Part shown: piece by piece, positions 20,402 to 29,934 of the stretch | Layout: every line of letters starts with the position of its first letter | How positions within the stretch are numbered: position 1 is the stretch's first letter | Assembly: GCA_046485075.1 (NCBI GenBank) | Contig: JAWOHR010000150.1 | Span: forward strand, 21,918-85,917 | Reading direction: 5' to 3' | Length of the DNA: 64,000 nt | DNA from: Bacteroidales bacterium | Lineage (GTDB): Bacteria > Bacteroidota > Bacteroidia > Bacteroidales > GCA-2748055 | Notes under the pieces: model-generated | Database searches by the model: none | Seen by the model: only the letters and a program-made list of their open reading frames with translations | Told to the model about the DNA's origin: nothing | Translations under genes and position numbers: made by a program

Positions 20402-21679
20402 ATGTTTCAGGCCCTTCGCAAAATCTGGTACAACGAATTTTTCAAAAATGTGGCCACCCTGATCTCCGGGACTACATTTGCCCAGGCCTTTTCTGTGGTG
20501 ATTTATGTGGTCCTGAGTCGAATCTATACGGAGGAGGACTTTGGCGTTTTCGGCCTCTATATGAACATCCTCAGTATCGCACTGATCTTCTCAACAGCCA
20601 AGTATGAACTGGCCATCCTGTTGCCCAGGAGTGATCATGAATCGGTTAACCTCCTGGGCCTTTCGGGAGTGATCAGTATAACGGTCAGCCTTACCTTGCT
20701 GTTCATTATTATCCTGTTTAACAGCCTGATTTGCAGATGGCTGGGAAGTGATGAGATCTCACCATGGTTATATTTTATTCCCTTCTCCACGTTGCTTGTT
20801 GGCCTCTTTACATCTTTCCGGAACTACTCAAACCGCCAGAAGCGCTACAAACTTATTGCCTGGGCCAACATTGCCCAGAGCCTTGGGAACTCGCTGTTGA
20901 AACTTGGCCTGGGCCTGGCTATGGCAGGAGCAGCAGGTCTGATCTTCGGAGTGGTTTTTGGTCAGCTGGTGGGATTACTCTTGCTTTTGGTGGTTTTTAT
21001 CCGGACCAACCGGCAAAAATGGTCCTGGTTAAAACTTTCTGAAATGAAAAGATTGGGAAAAGAGTACAATCTTTTTCCAAGGTATAACATGTGGCAGGGT
21101 CTTGTGAATAATCTTTCAGGCGCCCTCCCGGTATTTATTTTAAGCTCGTGGTTCTCCACCGGCATTGCAGGTATATTCACCTTCGGTTACATGGTCCTCT
21201 ACCGGCCGGTAAACCTGGTGGCCACTGCGTTTTACCAGGTTTTCTTTCAACGGTTTTCGGAAAGGCAAAGAGCGGGGCAGCCCATTCTGTCCGAGATAAG
21301 GCTTTTTCTTACCAGGACCATCCAATGGCTGATTGTACCGTTTGTGGCCTTTGGTATTTTCGCCCCTGGAATTTTCGGGTTTTTGTTTGGAGAGAGATGG
21401 ATTGAAGCGGGAAAATATGCCCAGATCATGTTGCCATGGATCTTTGCGGTGAGTCTGACCATGCCCCTCTCCTTCATCCCCGATTTGTATAAAAAACAGA
21501 GGACCGCCTTATTCATTGACTCGATCCGGTTGGTGGGAAGGGGGCTGGCCCTGGCTGCAGGGGTTATGATGGAAAGTGTTTACCTTGGCCTGGCACTTTA
21601 TAGCGGAGTGAGTGCCCTGATGATCCTCTACAGCCTGGTCTGGTATATCAGGGTGGTAAAAAAAGAATCAAAAAAGTGA
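20402..21679 (+). CDS. Oligosaccharide/polysaccharide flippase (Wzx-like, MOP superfamily)
   Basis: ~425 aa with ~12 TM helices. N-terminal FKNVATLISGTTFAQ typical of Wzx-type flippases. ATG at 20402. Confidence 0.75.
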   Translation: MFQALRKIWYNEFFKNVATLISGTTFAQAFSVVIYVVLSRIYTEEDFGVFGLYMNILSIALIFSTAKYELAILLPRSDHESVNLLGLSGVISITVSLTLLFIIILFNSLICRWLGSDEISPWLYFIPFSTLLVGLFTSFRNYSNRQKRYKLIAWANIAQSLGNSLLKLGLGLAMAGAAGLIFGVVFGQLVGLLLLLVVFIRTNRQKWSWLKLSEMKRLGKEYNLFPRYNMWQGLVNNLSGALPVFILSSWFSTGIAGIFTFGYMVLYRPVNLVATAFYQVFFQRFSERQRAGQPILSEIRLFLTRTIQWLIVPFVAFGIFAPGIFGFLFGERWIEAGKYAQIMLPWIFAVSLTMPLSFIPDLYKKQRTALFIDSIRLVGRGLALAAGVMMESVYLGLALYSGVSALMILYSLVWYIRVVKKESKK

Positions 21680-22488
21680 TGATGCCTAAGATTGGAAAAG
21701 CACTCAAAGCCCTCTGGTGGATTGCACGTAAACCCATATTGCTGAATCGTGTTCTGAGCGACGAGGATACATGGAAGGGCTATGTGGATAAAACTTTTGC
21801 ATTACCCGGTGGATTGCCCGTGATTACCATGGATCAGCTGGGTATCAATCCTGTGGTCAACCTGGGGCCCATGACCTTCCTGGATGGCGGATCCCTGCCC
21901 ACCGATATGATGTTGCTGGCCGGAATGGCAGAGAGGATAGAGGGATGCCGGTATTTTGAGATCGGAACCTGGCGTGGAGAGAGCGTCGCCAATGTTTCAT
22001 CCAGGTGCAGGGATTGTTACACCCTGTCTCTTACCGATGAAGAGATGAGATCCATGGGCATGCATGAAAAAACGATCTCCTCCCATCGGCTTTTTTCCAA
22101 AGAGATTAAAAATGTAACTCATCTGAGGGGCAATTCCAGGAGTTACAATTTTGCAGCGCTGGATCAAAAATTTGATCTGATCTTTATTGATGGGGACCAC
22201 CACTATGATACCATCGTAAGTGATACCCGGAATATCTTCCGTCACCTGGTTCACGACCAGAGTATCGTGGTCTGGCACGACTATGGATTCCACCCCGACA
22301 AAGTGCGTTTCGAGGTGATGGCTGCCATCCTGGACGGAGCGGGTCCCGGCCGGGCAGACAAAATCTATCATGTGGCCCATACCAAGTGTGCCATCTTTTC
22401 AGGCAGGGTGATCCATTCAAAACCCGCTGAATTTCCTTCGGACCCCGTAGAGTCCTATACATTTAAACTCACCCGCAAAGCACCCTGA
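21679..22488 (+). CDS. Class I SAM-dependent methyltransferase (Methyltransf_24-like)
   Basis: FEIGTWRGES (motif I-like) and LIFIDGDHHYDTIVSD. Start overlaps the flippase stop. Confidence 0.6.
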   Translation: MMPKIGKALKALWWIARKPILLNRVLSDEDTWKGYVDKTFALPGGLPVITMDQLGINPVVNLGPMTFLDGGSLPTDMMLLAGMAERIEGCRYFEIGTWRGESVANVSSRCRDCYTLSLTDEEMRSMGMHEKTISSHRLFSKEIKNVTHLRGNSRSYNFAALDQKFDLIFIDGDHHYDTIVSDTRNIFRHLVHDQSIVVWHDYGFHPDKVRFEVMAAILDGAGPGRADKIYHVAHTKCAIFSGRVIHSKPAEFPSDPVESYTFKLTRKAP

Positions 22489-23672
22489 TGGATACACCGC
22501 GCCGCATATTGGTCATTCCTTCCTGGTACCCGCCCGATGGGGGTTATTTTTTCAAGGAGCACAGTGAATCGATCTCCCGTATGGGTTACCAGGTGGATGT
22601 ACTGGTGAACCGGGTGATCGGAGTCCGCAAGCTGATGCAGGCCGGAGTATCTGCCCTTCAGACTTTCAGGGTAGGGGATGAAAACCCTCTTCGGGTGGTC
22701 CGTTCTGTTTACCTGAAAATTCCGGGAAACGAGAAACGGAATATCAAAGGTTGGTCGCATCAGGTAGTGAAGCTTTACGCACGTTACCAGAGAAGGTTTG
22801 GTAAACCTGACCTGATCCTGGCCCACAGTGTTACCTGGGCCGGATATGCTGCCGGTCTGATTCATCTGAAATACGATGTTCCCTACCTGGTGGTAGAGCA
22901 CAGGAGCTTTTTTGTCTGGAGTACCCCCGAGGCCAGGAACATGGTAAGGCCGTTCTACCTGCCCTTTTTTGAGGAAGCATTCAGGAACTGCCATACAGTG
23001 GTGCCTGTTTCGGGCAGTTTGATGAAGGGACTCACCCAGCTGATGCCATGGGTCGAAAAGAAAGCAGTCATCATACCCAACCTGATCAGGGAGGATATGT
23101 TTGTTCCCCCCGGGAGCACCAGGAAAACAGATCCATTTGTTTTTTTCTGGGCGGGAAGACTTGAACATGTAAAAGGCATCGATGTTTTGCTGAAGGCTGT
23201 TGATATTCTGAAAAAGAAAAAGATCACGGGGTTCAGGGTCAGACTGGCTGGCAGGGGGAGTCTTCGGGAAGGGCTGGAGTTCCAGTCGGAAGAGCTGGGA
23301 CTCTCCCAGGTGGTGGAATTCCTGGGCAGGATCTCAAGGGAAGAGATGCAAAAGGAGATGCAGGGTGCCAATTGTTTTGTCCTGCCCTCACGTTATGAAG
23401 CATTCGGGGCCGTACTGATCGAAGCCATGGCCTCGGGACTACCGGTAATCGCAACCCGTTCGGGTGGTCCCGATGATATTGTGAATAAGGAGAATGGATT
23501 ACTGATCGGGACGGAAGATGCCCAACAGCTGGCATCGGCCATGGAGCAGATCATGACCTCCTATGGCTCATATTCAGCCGGAAAAATAAGGGAAAGCACC
23601 CTGAAACAATATGGGGAGAAAGCGGTGATGAAAAAGTATCATGAACTCTTTCAGCACATATTGAATCAATAA
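22488..23672 (+). CDS. Glycosyltransferase family 4 (GT-B, group 1)
   Basis: 394 aa. C-terminal EAFGAVLIEAMASGLPVIATRSGGPDDIV (EX7E-type motif). ATG overlaps the preceding TGA. Confidence 0.85.
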   Translation: MDTPRRILVIPSWYPPDGGYFFKEHSESISRMGYQVDVLVNRVIGVRKLMQAGVSALQTFRVGDENPLRVVRSVYLKIPGNEKRNIKGWSHQVVKLYARYQRRFGKPDLILAHSVTWAGYAAGLIHLKYDVPYLVVEHRSFFVWSTPEARNMVRPFYLPFFEEAFRNCHTVVPVSGSLMKGLTQLMPWVEKKAVIIPNLIREDMFVPPGSTRKTDPFVFFWAGRLEHVKGIDVLLKAVDILKKKKITGFRVRLAGRGSLREGLEFQSEELGLSQVVEFLGRISREEMQKEMQGANCFVLPSRYEAFGAVLIEAMASGLPVIATRSGGPDDIVNKENGLLIGTEDAQQLASAMEQIMTSYGSYSAGKIRESTLKQYGEKAVMKKYHELFQHILNQ

Positions 23673-23709
23673 ATATTCACCAAACAAATTCGCTGACAGA
23701 AATTTTTTA

Positions 23710-23717
23710 TAAATTTG
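23710..23717 (+). promoter_or_regulatory. Candidate -7 promoter box TAAATTTG upstream of tRNA-His
   Basis: Exact TAnnTTTG match 12 nt upstream of the tRNA 5' end. No good -33 TTTG at the expected spacing. Confidence 0.35.
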
Positions 23718-23728
23718 CACTCCCAAAC

Positions 23729-23806
23729 GGTGGATGTAGCTCAGCTGGTTAGAGCGCTGGATTGTGGTTCCAGAGGTCGCCGGTTCGAACCCGGTCTTCC
23801 ACCCCA
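23729..23806 (+). tRNA. tRNA-His (anticodon GTG), encoded G-1 and CCA
   Basis: Cloverleaf read by eye: extra 5' G, acceptor GTGGATG, D-arm AGCTCAGCTGGTTAGAGC, anticodon stem-loop CTGGA-TTGTGGT-TCCAG, T-arm GCCGG-TTCGAAC-CCGGT, 3' ...CCACC-CCA. Confidence 0.9.
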
Positions 23807-23813
23807 CACTAAA

Positions 23814-23845
23814 AACCGACAGGCAAACCCTGGCGGTTTTTTTTT
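23814..23845 (+). terminator. Rho-independent terminator after tRNA-His
   Basis: AACCGACAGG / CCTGGCGGTT stem (one mismatch), 5-nt loop, then a run of 9 T. Confidence 0.7.
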
Positions 23846-23868
23846 AGAAAATTGTTAACTTGGTTTTC

Positions 23869-24960
23869 ATGAAAAGAACAATCGGGCTGTTATTTCTCCT
23901 GATCACCCTGCATATGGTCTCTGGCTGCACAGGAGACAAGGAAATATTTGTGGCTTATTCTGATCCCCGGATCACCTATGAAGGCAGAATCGACACCTTA
24001 CAAATGGAGGCGGCAGCGTTGTACTGGTCGGGTTCATCCATCCGTATCAATTTCCAGGGGGGGTCCATTTCGGCATTGATGAGCGAGAGCAGGGGCGATA
24101 ACTATTACAATGTCATCATAGACCAGGACTCGTTTTTTATATTGAGGCCGGGTACCATGAAGAAATATTATACCCTGGCTTCCAATTTATCTGCCGGCGA
24201 TCACACCGTAGAGCTATTTAAGCGAACCGAATGGGACAGGGGCAGAAGTGCGTTTTATGGATTTAAAATCGGGGGAAGAGCGAAAGTACTGGCAAAATCG
24301 CCCGCGAAAAAAAGGAAGATGGAGTTTTACGGCAACTCCATCACGGCAGGTTATGCCGTGGAGGACTCTTCAGGAGGTGACTCGCCCGATAGCACCTACA
24401 CCAATAATTACCTGAGCTATTCGGCTATTCTTGCCAGACACTACGATGCAGAATACAGGTGCACCTGTAAAAGCGGCATAGGCATAACCATCAGCTGGTT
24501 TCCCGCTATCATGCCCGAAATTTATGACCGTTTGAATCCTGAAGATCCTCAGAGTCAATGGGATTTCTCCCTCTACCAGAGTGATGTGGTGATCATTAAC
24601 CTGATGCAGAATGATTCCTGGCTGGTTCATATGCCTGAACATCCGGAGTATCAGGCGAGGTTTGGTGAAGAGGCTCCCGGCGAGACCGCCATTATTGAGG
24701 CATACCGGCAGTTTGTGGCAAATATCCGGTACCACTATCCCCGGGCACATATCATCTGTGCACTTGGAAGTATGGATGCCACCCGGGAGGGATCACCGTG
24801 GCCCGGATATGTTACACAGGCTGTCAACGATCTGAACGACAGCAGGATTTATACCCATTTTGTAGCCTACAAGGATACTCCCGGTCACCCCTCAATCATC
24901 GAACAGGAGGAAATGGCCAAAAGTTTCATCCAATTTATTGATGAGAATATAGATTGGTAA
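23869..24960 (+). CDS. SGNH/GDSL-type esterase with N-terminal beta-sandwich domain (CE2-like carbohydrate acetylesterase), lipoprotein
   Basis: Lipobox LHMVSGC. Block I FYGNSITAGY. C-terminal DTPGHPS (D..H catalytic pair). Confidence 0.65.
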   Translation: MKRTIGLLFLLITLHMVSGCTGDKEIFVAYSDPRITYEGRIDTLQMEAAALYWSGSSIRINFQGGSISALMSESRGDNYYNVIIDQDSFFILRPGTMKKYYTLASNLSAGDHTVELFKRTEWDRGRSAFYGFKIGGRAKVLAKSPAKKRKMEFYGNSITAGYAVEDSSGGDSPDSTYTNNYLSYSAILARHYDAEYRCTCKSGIGITISWFPAIMPEIYDRLNPEDPQSQWDFSLYQSDVVIINLMQNDSWLVHMPEHPEYQARFGEEAPGETAIIEAYRQFVANIRYHYPRAHIICALGSMDATREGSPWPGYVTQAVNDLNDSRIYTHFVAYKDTPGHPSIIEQEEMAKSFIQFIDENIDW

Positions 24961-25867
24961 AGTACTGAAGGTCGGATTGAACTGATTTCACGAATTGCTC
25001 TTTGTATATACTCAGCTCCTTTTCGCCCCGCTCGGCCCCTCCAAGCGGATATTCATAGTGAATGGAAAAATGGGCAGAGATCTTTAATTTCTGAAGCTCT
25101 TCCAGGTACGCTTTAAAGGGGACGATCCCTTTTCCCAGCGGTACATTGACCACCGTGCTGCCTTCCCAGGTATAGTCTTTAATGTCAAGGCTGTTGATAT
25201 AGGGACTCAGAATTTCCAGGAATACCGGCCATGTATCAGGCCCCTCTACCATGGCATGCCTGATATCGAACTGCACCCCGGTCCACCTGGGATCCAGTCC
25301 ATCGATCATCTTCAAAAGGTCCCATCCCGAACTGCCAACGGAGAGTCCTGCGTGGTTCTGGTAGGATGCGGCAATATGATTGGCCTGATTGATCACCTGA
25401 AGCTGACTCATCTGCTTTCGTGCATGACTCAGGGCATCGGCAACCGGAACTCCTTTTTTGTAACTGAACCAACCCGGTCTGTAGAGGCCAATACCCAGTT
25501 TCCCGGCGGTTTCCAGGATATCCCGGGTCAGGGAATCTTCCGAATCAATGATTTCTGTGGTGATCATGGGAACCTCCATCCCCTCGGCCCGGATCTTTTC
25601 GACGGCTATCGGGAGATCCCTTTTTACATTTTCCGGAAGAACATGTCCGCCTTTTCTAACGGTCAGGTCGATCCCGGTAAACCCGATCTCCGAAGCCAGC
25701 CTGGCCATCTCAACAAATCCCAGCCAGTGAAGATGTTTGGAGAAGATACAGATATAGGGTTTCAACTCCCCCTGAGGAGGTCTGGGTCTGCCCAATGCCC
25801 CTGCCGGTAAAAGCGATGTCAGCATGGCAGCTGTGGTGGTTTGTTTTATGAATTTTCTTCTTTCCAT
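24935..25867 (-). CDS. Tat-exported xylose-isomerase-like TIM-barrel protein (sugar phosphate isomerase/epimerase family)
   Basis: Start set at MERRKFIKQTTTAAMLTSLLPAGALG (twin-arginine signal). AP-endonuclease-2/TIM-barrel-like body. Confidence 0.7.
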   Translation of the reverse strand: MERRKFIKQTTTAAMLTSLLPAGALGRPRPPQGELKPYICIFSKHLHWLGFVEMARLASEIGFTGIDLTVRKGGHVLPENVKRDLPIAVEKIRAEGMEVPMITTEIIDSEDSLTRDILETAGKLGIGLYRPGWFSYKKGVPVADALSHARKQMSQLQVINQANHIAASYQNHAGLSVGSSGWDLLKMIDGLDPRWTGVQFDIRHAMVEGPDTWPVFLEILSPYINSLDIKDYTWEGSTVVNVPLGKGIVPFKAYLEELQKLKISAHFSIHYEYPLGGAERGEKELSIYKEQFVKSVQSDLQYFTNLYSHQ

Positions 25868-26044
25868 CGAATTGAATGGTGTGGTTTCCGTCAGAACGGT
25901 TCTTTTAAAGGAGATACCAAGATCGAACAAAATATCTGAAACTGTTGAATTTTGACCTCAAATTTCTTCAGAACCGCGTTCATTTCTGTAAAAAATATTT
26001 ATATATAAGAATCATATATATAATAATGTTATATATTTGTCGTT

Positions 26045-26377
26045 ATGATCGCAAACGATTTACTTAAAGGTACCTTGAGAACCATTGTTTTAAAGTTGTT
26101 GGCCGACAACGGACGGATGTACGGGTATGAGATTACCAAAAAGGTGGAGGAGCTCACCACCGGTAAAATCAAACTCACATTTGGAGCCCTCTACCCGGTT
26201 TTGCATAAACTGGAGGCTGACGGACACATCTCCATTGAACAGGAGTATATCGGGAAGCGTGTCCGGAAGTATTACACTCTAACCGAGACAGGGAGAACCT
26301 GGACTGAGCAGAAAGTGGATGATTTTTTTGATTTTGTAAATACACTCACCCACGTGCTGAAGCCAACGCCTGCCTGA
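26045..26377 (+). CDS. PadR-family transcriptional regulator
   Basis: 110 aa. LKGTLRTIVLKLLADNGRMYGYEITKKVEELT...GALYPVLHKLEADGHI winged-HTH. Confidence 0.9.
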   Translation: MIANDLLKGTLRTIVLKLLADNGRMYGYEITKKVEELTTGKIKLTFGALYPVLHKLEADGHISIEQEYIGKRVRKYYTLTETGRTWTEQKVDDFFDFVNTLTHVLKPTPA

Positions 26378-26378
26378 G

Positions 26379-27599
26379 ATGATTGCCGCAATTCCTGACG
26401 ACAGTTATGAACGCATCAAAGCCGACCTTGTCAGTCGCGGACTAACCTGCAACCGGCTCCTTGATGAACTGTTGGACCATGTTTGTTGCATGGTGGAGGA
26501 GTCTATGGATGAGGGACTTGATTTTGAGTCTTCCTACAACCAGGTTCTTCGCTCCATTCCTGAGAAACGGCTTACAGAAATCCAGCACCAGACTTTATTA
26601 AACCTTGACAAAAAATTTCAAAGAATGAAAAATTTCACGTATCTGTTCGGATTGACATCTGCGATCCTGACCATACTTGGTTCGTTATTTAAAAGAATGC
26701 ACTGGCCCGGTGCCGGTATCATGATTACTGTAGGAATGATGCTGATCGTCTTCGTCTTCCTGCCTCTCTACTTTATTACCAGCCAAAGGGAACAGGTTGA
26801 AAAAAAGAACCCGGTTTATGCCATTGTCGGTTACCTGACCATTGCCCTGCTGCTGGCCGGCGCAACCTTTAAGGTTATGCACTGGCCGGGAGCCGGATGG
26901 CTGATCTACTCCAGTATTGGCTTCCTGCTTATTGGCTTTGTACCCCTTTATGTGGTCAATGCATTTCAAAGAAGCGGGAAAGAGAAAGCCAACCTGCCCT
27001 ATATTGTGATGTTGCTGGTGGGGATCGCCTGTGTGATGGTAATGGGCAATGTCAATATGGGCAAGGATCTTATTGATATATACCAGAAAGAAGCAGTGGC
27101 CAACCAGCAGCAAACCGCTGCGGCACAGGAACATACCGCCTGGCTGCTGGAGGTGGCCCGGGAGGGTCCAAATGCCGGTCAACTGGCCATCATCTCAAAA
27201 ATACACGACCAGGCCAGGGATCTTCAGGTGATGATCCATGATATGCAGGAGGGAATGGTTGCTTTCGTGGGTCAGCCGGGGGCATCGATCCAGGAGGTGA
27301 AGGGAAAGGACAATAAGAATGCTGGCAGGGAGGCCATCCTTGATAACGGACTGGGACATGCCTTTATCCTGGAGTCCAGACAATTTGCTGCCATGCTGGA
27401 TGAGGTGGTAAAGGATTCCGTTGCAAAAATCCAGATCGGGGATCACCTGGAATTTGCCGGATTGCCCTTCGAATATGAGCACGGACCCAGGGGAGTGGAG
27501 AAAGCCCCGCTGATGAAGAACTATTATAAGAACACCGATGCTTCCAAGGGAATAGCCCTGGCCGAATATGTGGCCATTGCAACCCTGCTGCACCCCTGA
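26379..27599 (+). CDS. PadR-associated membrane protein: cytoplasmic helical N-domain, 4-6 TM with duplicated GldL-like FKxMHWPGAG motif, extracytoplasmic helical C-domain
   Basis: 406 aa. Start is 1 nt after the PadR stop. Motifs GSLFKRMHWPGAG and GATFKVMHWPGAG. C-terminal ~190 aa is Q/A-rich and helical. Confidence 0.6.
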   Translation: MIAAIPDDSYERIKADLVSRGLTCNRLLDELLDHVCCMVEESMDEGLDFESSYNQVLRSIPEKRLTEIQHQTLLNLDKKFQRMKNFTYLFGLTSAILTILGSLFKRMHWPGAGIMITVGMMLIVFVFLPLYFITSQREQVEKKNPVYAIVGYLTIALLLAGATFKVMHWPGAGWLIYSSIGFLLIGFVPLYVVNAFQRSGKEKANLPYIVMLLVGIACVMVMGNVNMGKDLIDIYQKEAVANQQQTAAAQEHTAWLLEVAREGPNAGQLAIISKIHDQARDLQVMIHDMQEGMVAFVGQPGASIQEVKGKDNKNAGREAILDNGLGHAFILESRQFAAMLDEVVKDSVAKIQIGDHLEFAGLPFEYEHGPRGVEKAPLMKNYYKNTDASKGIALAEYVAIATLLHP

Positions 27600-27619
27600 A
27601 TGGTGCCTGTAATAACAGA

Positions 27620-27645
27620 AAAAGGGGTCCGTAAGAACCCCTTTT
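27620..27645. terminator. Hairpin terminator (9-bp stem AAAAGGGGT/ACCCCTTTT, 8-nt loop)
   Basis: Lies 21 nt after the stop at 27599. A/T tracts on both sides would allow it to work for both convergent transcripts. Confidence 0.5.
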
Positions 27646-27838
27646 AACTAACCACTTAAACCTAAAAAGAAAGGACGTAAGATTTGTTTTCAAGGTTTGT
27701 AATCCATATTATATGCCAAAAGATGCAAACTTCAGGAAACAAGCGTAGTAGGTGTTATTTCAGGTGATTGGAATCAGGAATAAAGTGAACGGTTGTGGTA
27801 CCGGCATGTACGATTCCGCACGTTTTTCAACGCAATTA

Positions 27839-28027
<189 letters not shown>

Positions 28028-28471
28028 CTATTTCTTTGTCCAGGTTGTCTTTCGTCCCAGTGCCTTGATCCCCGCAACATACCCTTTGATGTAAAGGTTG
28101 TCGTAGTCGCCATTCTCAAACCATGCGTAGCAATCGTATGTTTTGCCGTTTTTAGGATCGTAAATGGTTCCCCCTCCCCACTCTTTTTTATCGGAATTGT
28201 ATTTGAAATTTTTTAAAATGGTCAGGCCCATCACAGGCTTTTTAGCCAGATTTGCATCAGGGTTCTCCTTGTCCAGCTTAGGCGCACCAAATTCATTCGG
28301 CTCCTCCAGCCAGACGATCTTTCCTGAGATTTTTCCATCCGGTCCGCTTTTGACTTCAATTTTTGATGTCTTCTCTTCGTTAAACCAGGTTCCTTCAATT
28401 TTATTGGACTGTGCGTTGAGGAACAGGGGAATTAAAAGTGCAGTAACAGCAATAAACAGATGCTTTTTCAT
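28028..28471 (-). CDS. DUF2147-domain secreted protein
   Basis: Start set at MKKHLFIAVTALLIPLFLNAQ. Motifs IEGTWFNEEKTSKIEV, GKIVWLEEPN, GGTIYDPKNGKTYDCY. Confidence 0.7.
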   Translation of the reverse strand: MKKHLFIAVTALLIPLFLNAQSNKIEGTWFNEEKTSKIEVKSGPDGKISGKIVWLEEPNEFGAPKLDKENPDANLAKKPVMGLTILKNFKYNSDKKEWGGGTIYDPKNGKTYDCYAWFENGDYDNLYIKGYVAGIKALGRKTTWTKK

Positions 28472-28532
28472 ATTTTGAGATTTAGTTAAGGGAGGCAAAA
28501 TAGTGAATTCGCCCGTGAACTACAATACCCTC

Positions 28533-29039
28533 TTAAATTCTTACGTATTCAGTATAGGTGTGGGCGTATGGGTTTTTCTCCCCGGCTTCCACTGATTCGG
28601 ATGAAACGGCCCTCCATTGTGTGAAATCGATTTGAGGGAAGAATGTATCTGCCTCAAAGGAGCAATGGACCCGGGTCAGGTAAAGTTTACCGGCCAGTGG
28701 AAGGAACTGGGCATAAACCATGCCCCCACCAATGACAAAGCACTCTTCCAACGAGCGGGTCATGGCAATCGCCTCATCGATGGACCGTGCCATTTCACAC
28801 CCGTCGAAGGTCTCGTCAGCCACATCGGTGATTACAATATGCTTACGGTTGGGGAGCGTGCCATTGGGCAGTGAAAGGAAGGTGTTCCTCCCCATGATCA
28901 ACGTATGGCCTGTGGTCAGGCGTTTAAACCGCTTCAGGTCATCCGGGATGTGGCATAACAGTTTATTGTCTTTCCCGATGGCCTGGTTTTCTGCAATAGC
29001 CACGATGATAGAGATGTTGTGCAGGATATTGGTTTCCAT
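28533..29039 (-). CDS. folA: Dihydrofolate reductase
   Basis: 168 aa. IVAIAENQAIGKDNKLLCHIPDDLKRFKRLTTGHTLIMGRNTF. Immediately downstream of thyA. Confidence 0.9.
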   Translation of the reverse strand: METNILHNISIIVAIAENQAIGKDNKLLCHIPDDLKRFKRLTTGHTLIMGRNTFLSLPNGTLPNRKHIVITDVADETFDGCEMARSIDEAIAMTRSLEECFVIGGGMVYAQFLPLAGKLYLTRVHCSFEADTFFPQIDFTQWRAVSSESVEAGEKNPYAHTYTEYVRI

Positions 29040-29040
29040 A

Positions 29041-29835
29041 TCAGACAGAGATTGCTCCCTTTATATGTGGGTGTGGATCGTAATTTTCCACGGTGAAATC
29101 TTCAAATTTAAAACCGAAAATATCCCTGATCTCCGGATTAAGACGGACAGTGGGAAGGGCTCTTGGTTCCCTGCTCAGCTGGAGACCGACCTGCTCCAGG
29201 TGGTTCAGGTAGATATGTGCATCCCCCAGGGTAAGAATGAATTCACCAGCCTGAAGTCCGGTTACCTGTGCCATCATCATCAAAAGAAATGAATAGGAGG
29301 CGATGTTGAAGGGTACTCCCAGGAAAATATCGGCACTCCGCTGGTATAACTGGCAGGAGAGTTTTCCATCAGCCACGTAAAACTGGAAAAGAATATGACA
29401 CGGTGGCAGGGCCATATCGTCCAGTTCACCCACGTTCCAGGCGCTGACAATATGACGCCTTGAGTCGGGGTTATTTAAAATGGATTGAACCACTGAAGAG
29501 ATCTGGTCCACATGACCCCCTCCCGCGGTGGGCCAGCTTCTCCATTGGAAGCCATAGATGTGTCCCAGGTTTCCGTTTTCATCGGCCCATTCGTTCCATA
29601 TCCTGACTCCGTGATCATTCAGATATTTCGTATTGGTTTCTCCCCGGAGAAACCAGAGTAGTTCGTGAATGATTGATTTGATGTGTAGTTTTTTGGTGGT
29701 CATCAGGGGAAATCCCCTGGAAAGGTCAAATCGCATCTGGTACCCGAAGGTGCTAACGGTTCCCGTTCCGGTGCGGTCCTCCTTCCTGACACCGTTCTCC
29801 GATACATGGGATAAAAGATCGAGATACTGTTTCAT
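29041..29835 (-). CDS. thyA: Thymidylate synthase (ThyA)
   Basis: 264 aa. MKQYLDLL...DRTGTGT, active-site [23 protein letters not shown]. Confidence 0.97.
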   Translation of the reverse strand: MKQYLDLLSHVSENGVRKEDRTGTGTVSTFGYQMRFDLSRGFPLMTTKKLHIKSIIHELLWFLRGETNTKYLNDHGVRIWNEWADENGNLGHIYGFQWRSWPTAGGGHVDQISSVVQSILNNPDSRRHIVSAWNVGELDDMALPPCHILFQFYVADGKLSCQLYQRSADIFLGVPFNIASYSFLLMMMAQVTGLQAGEFILTLGDAHIYLNHLEQVGLQLSREPRALPTVRLNPEIRDIFGFKFEDFTVENYDPHPHIKGAISV

Positions 29836-29934
29836 GATTTCAACTTCTCCGGGTGGTAAAAGTAGACAATCGACCCTGAATTATAAAGGAAAAAATATCA
29901 ACACCAAAATCACTATATTTGGGGTTGAGAATCT

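Noticed and set aside
22455-23168. 237-aa minus-strand ORF opposite the GT4 gene. Similar long antisense ORFs lie at 7947..8495, 10878..11456, 32544..33347, 47811..48659 and 51564..52223
   Set aside because: All lie antisense to genes with strong family motifs and are Arg/Gly/Pro/His-rich with no domains. They are typical shadow ORFs of moderately GC-rich coding DNA.
23673-23868. tRNA-His as an integration site for a genomic island
   Set aside because: No integrase, no direct repeat of the tRNA 3' end, and no obvious compositional break is visible on either flank.
24935-24960. Two convergent gene pairs (24935..24960 and 54686..54711) both overlap by exactly 26 nt
   Set aside because: The overlapping sequences share no similarity, so the equal length appears coincidental.
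26001-26039. AT-rich TATATA-type palindromes and a TATATTTG box upstream of the PadR gene as operator/promoter
   Set aside because: The box ends only 5 nt before the ATG, which would imply a leaderless transcript. Alternating TA sequence is trivially self-complementary, so the evidence is too weak to call.
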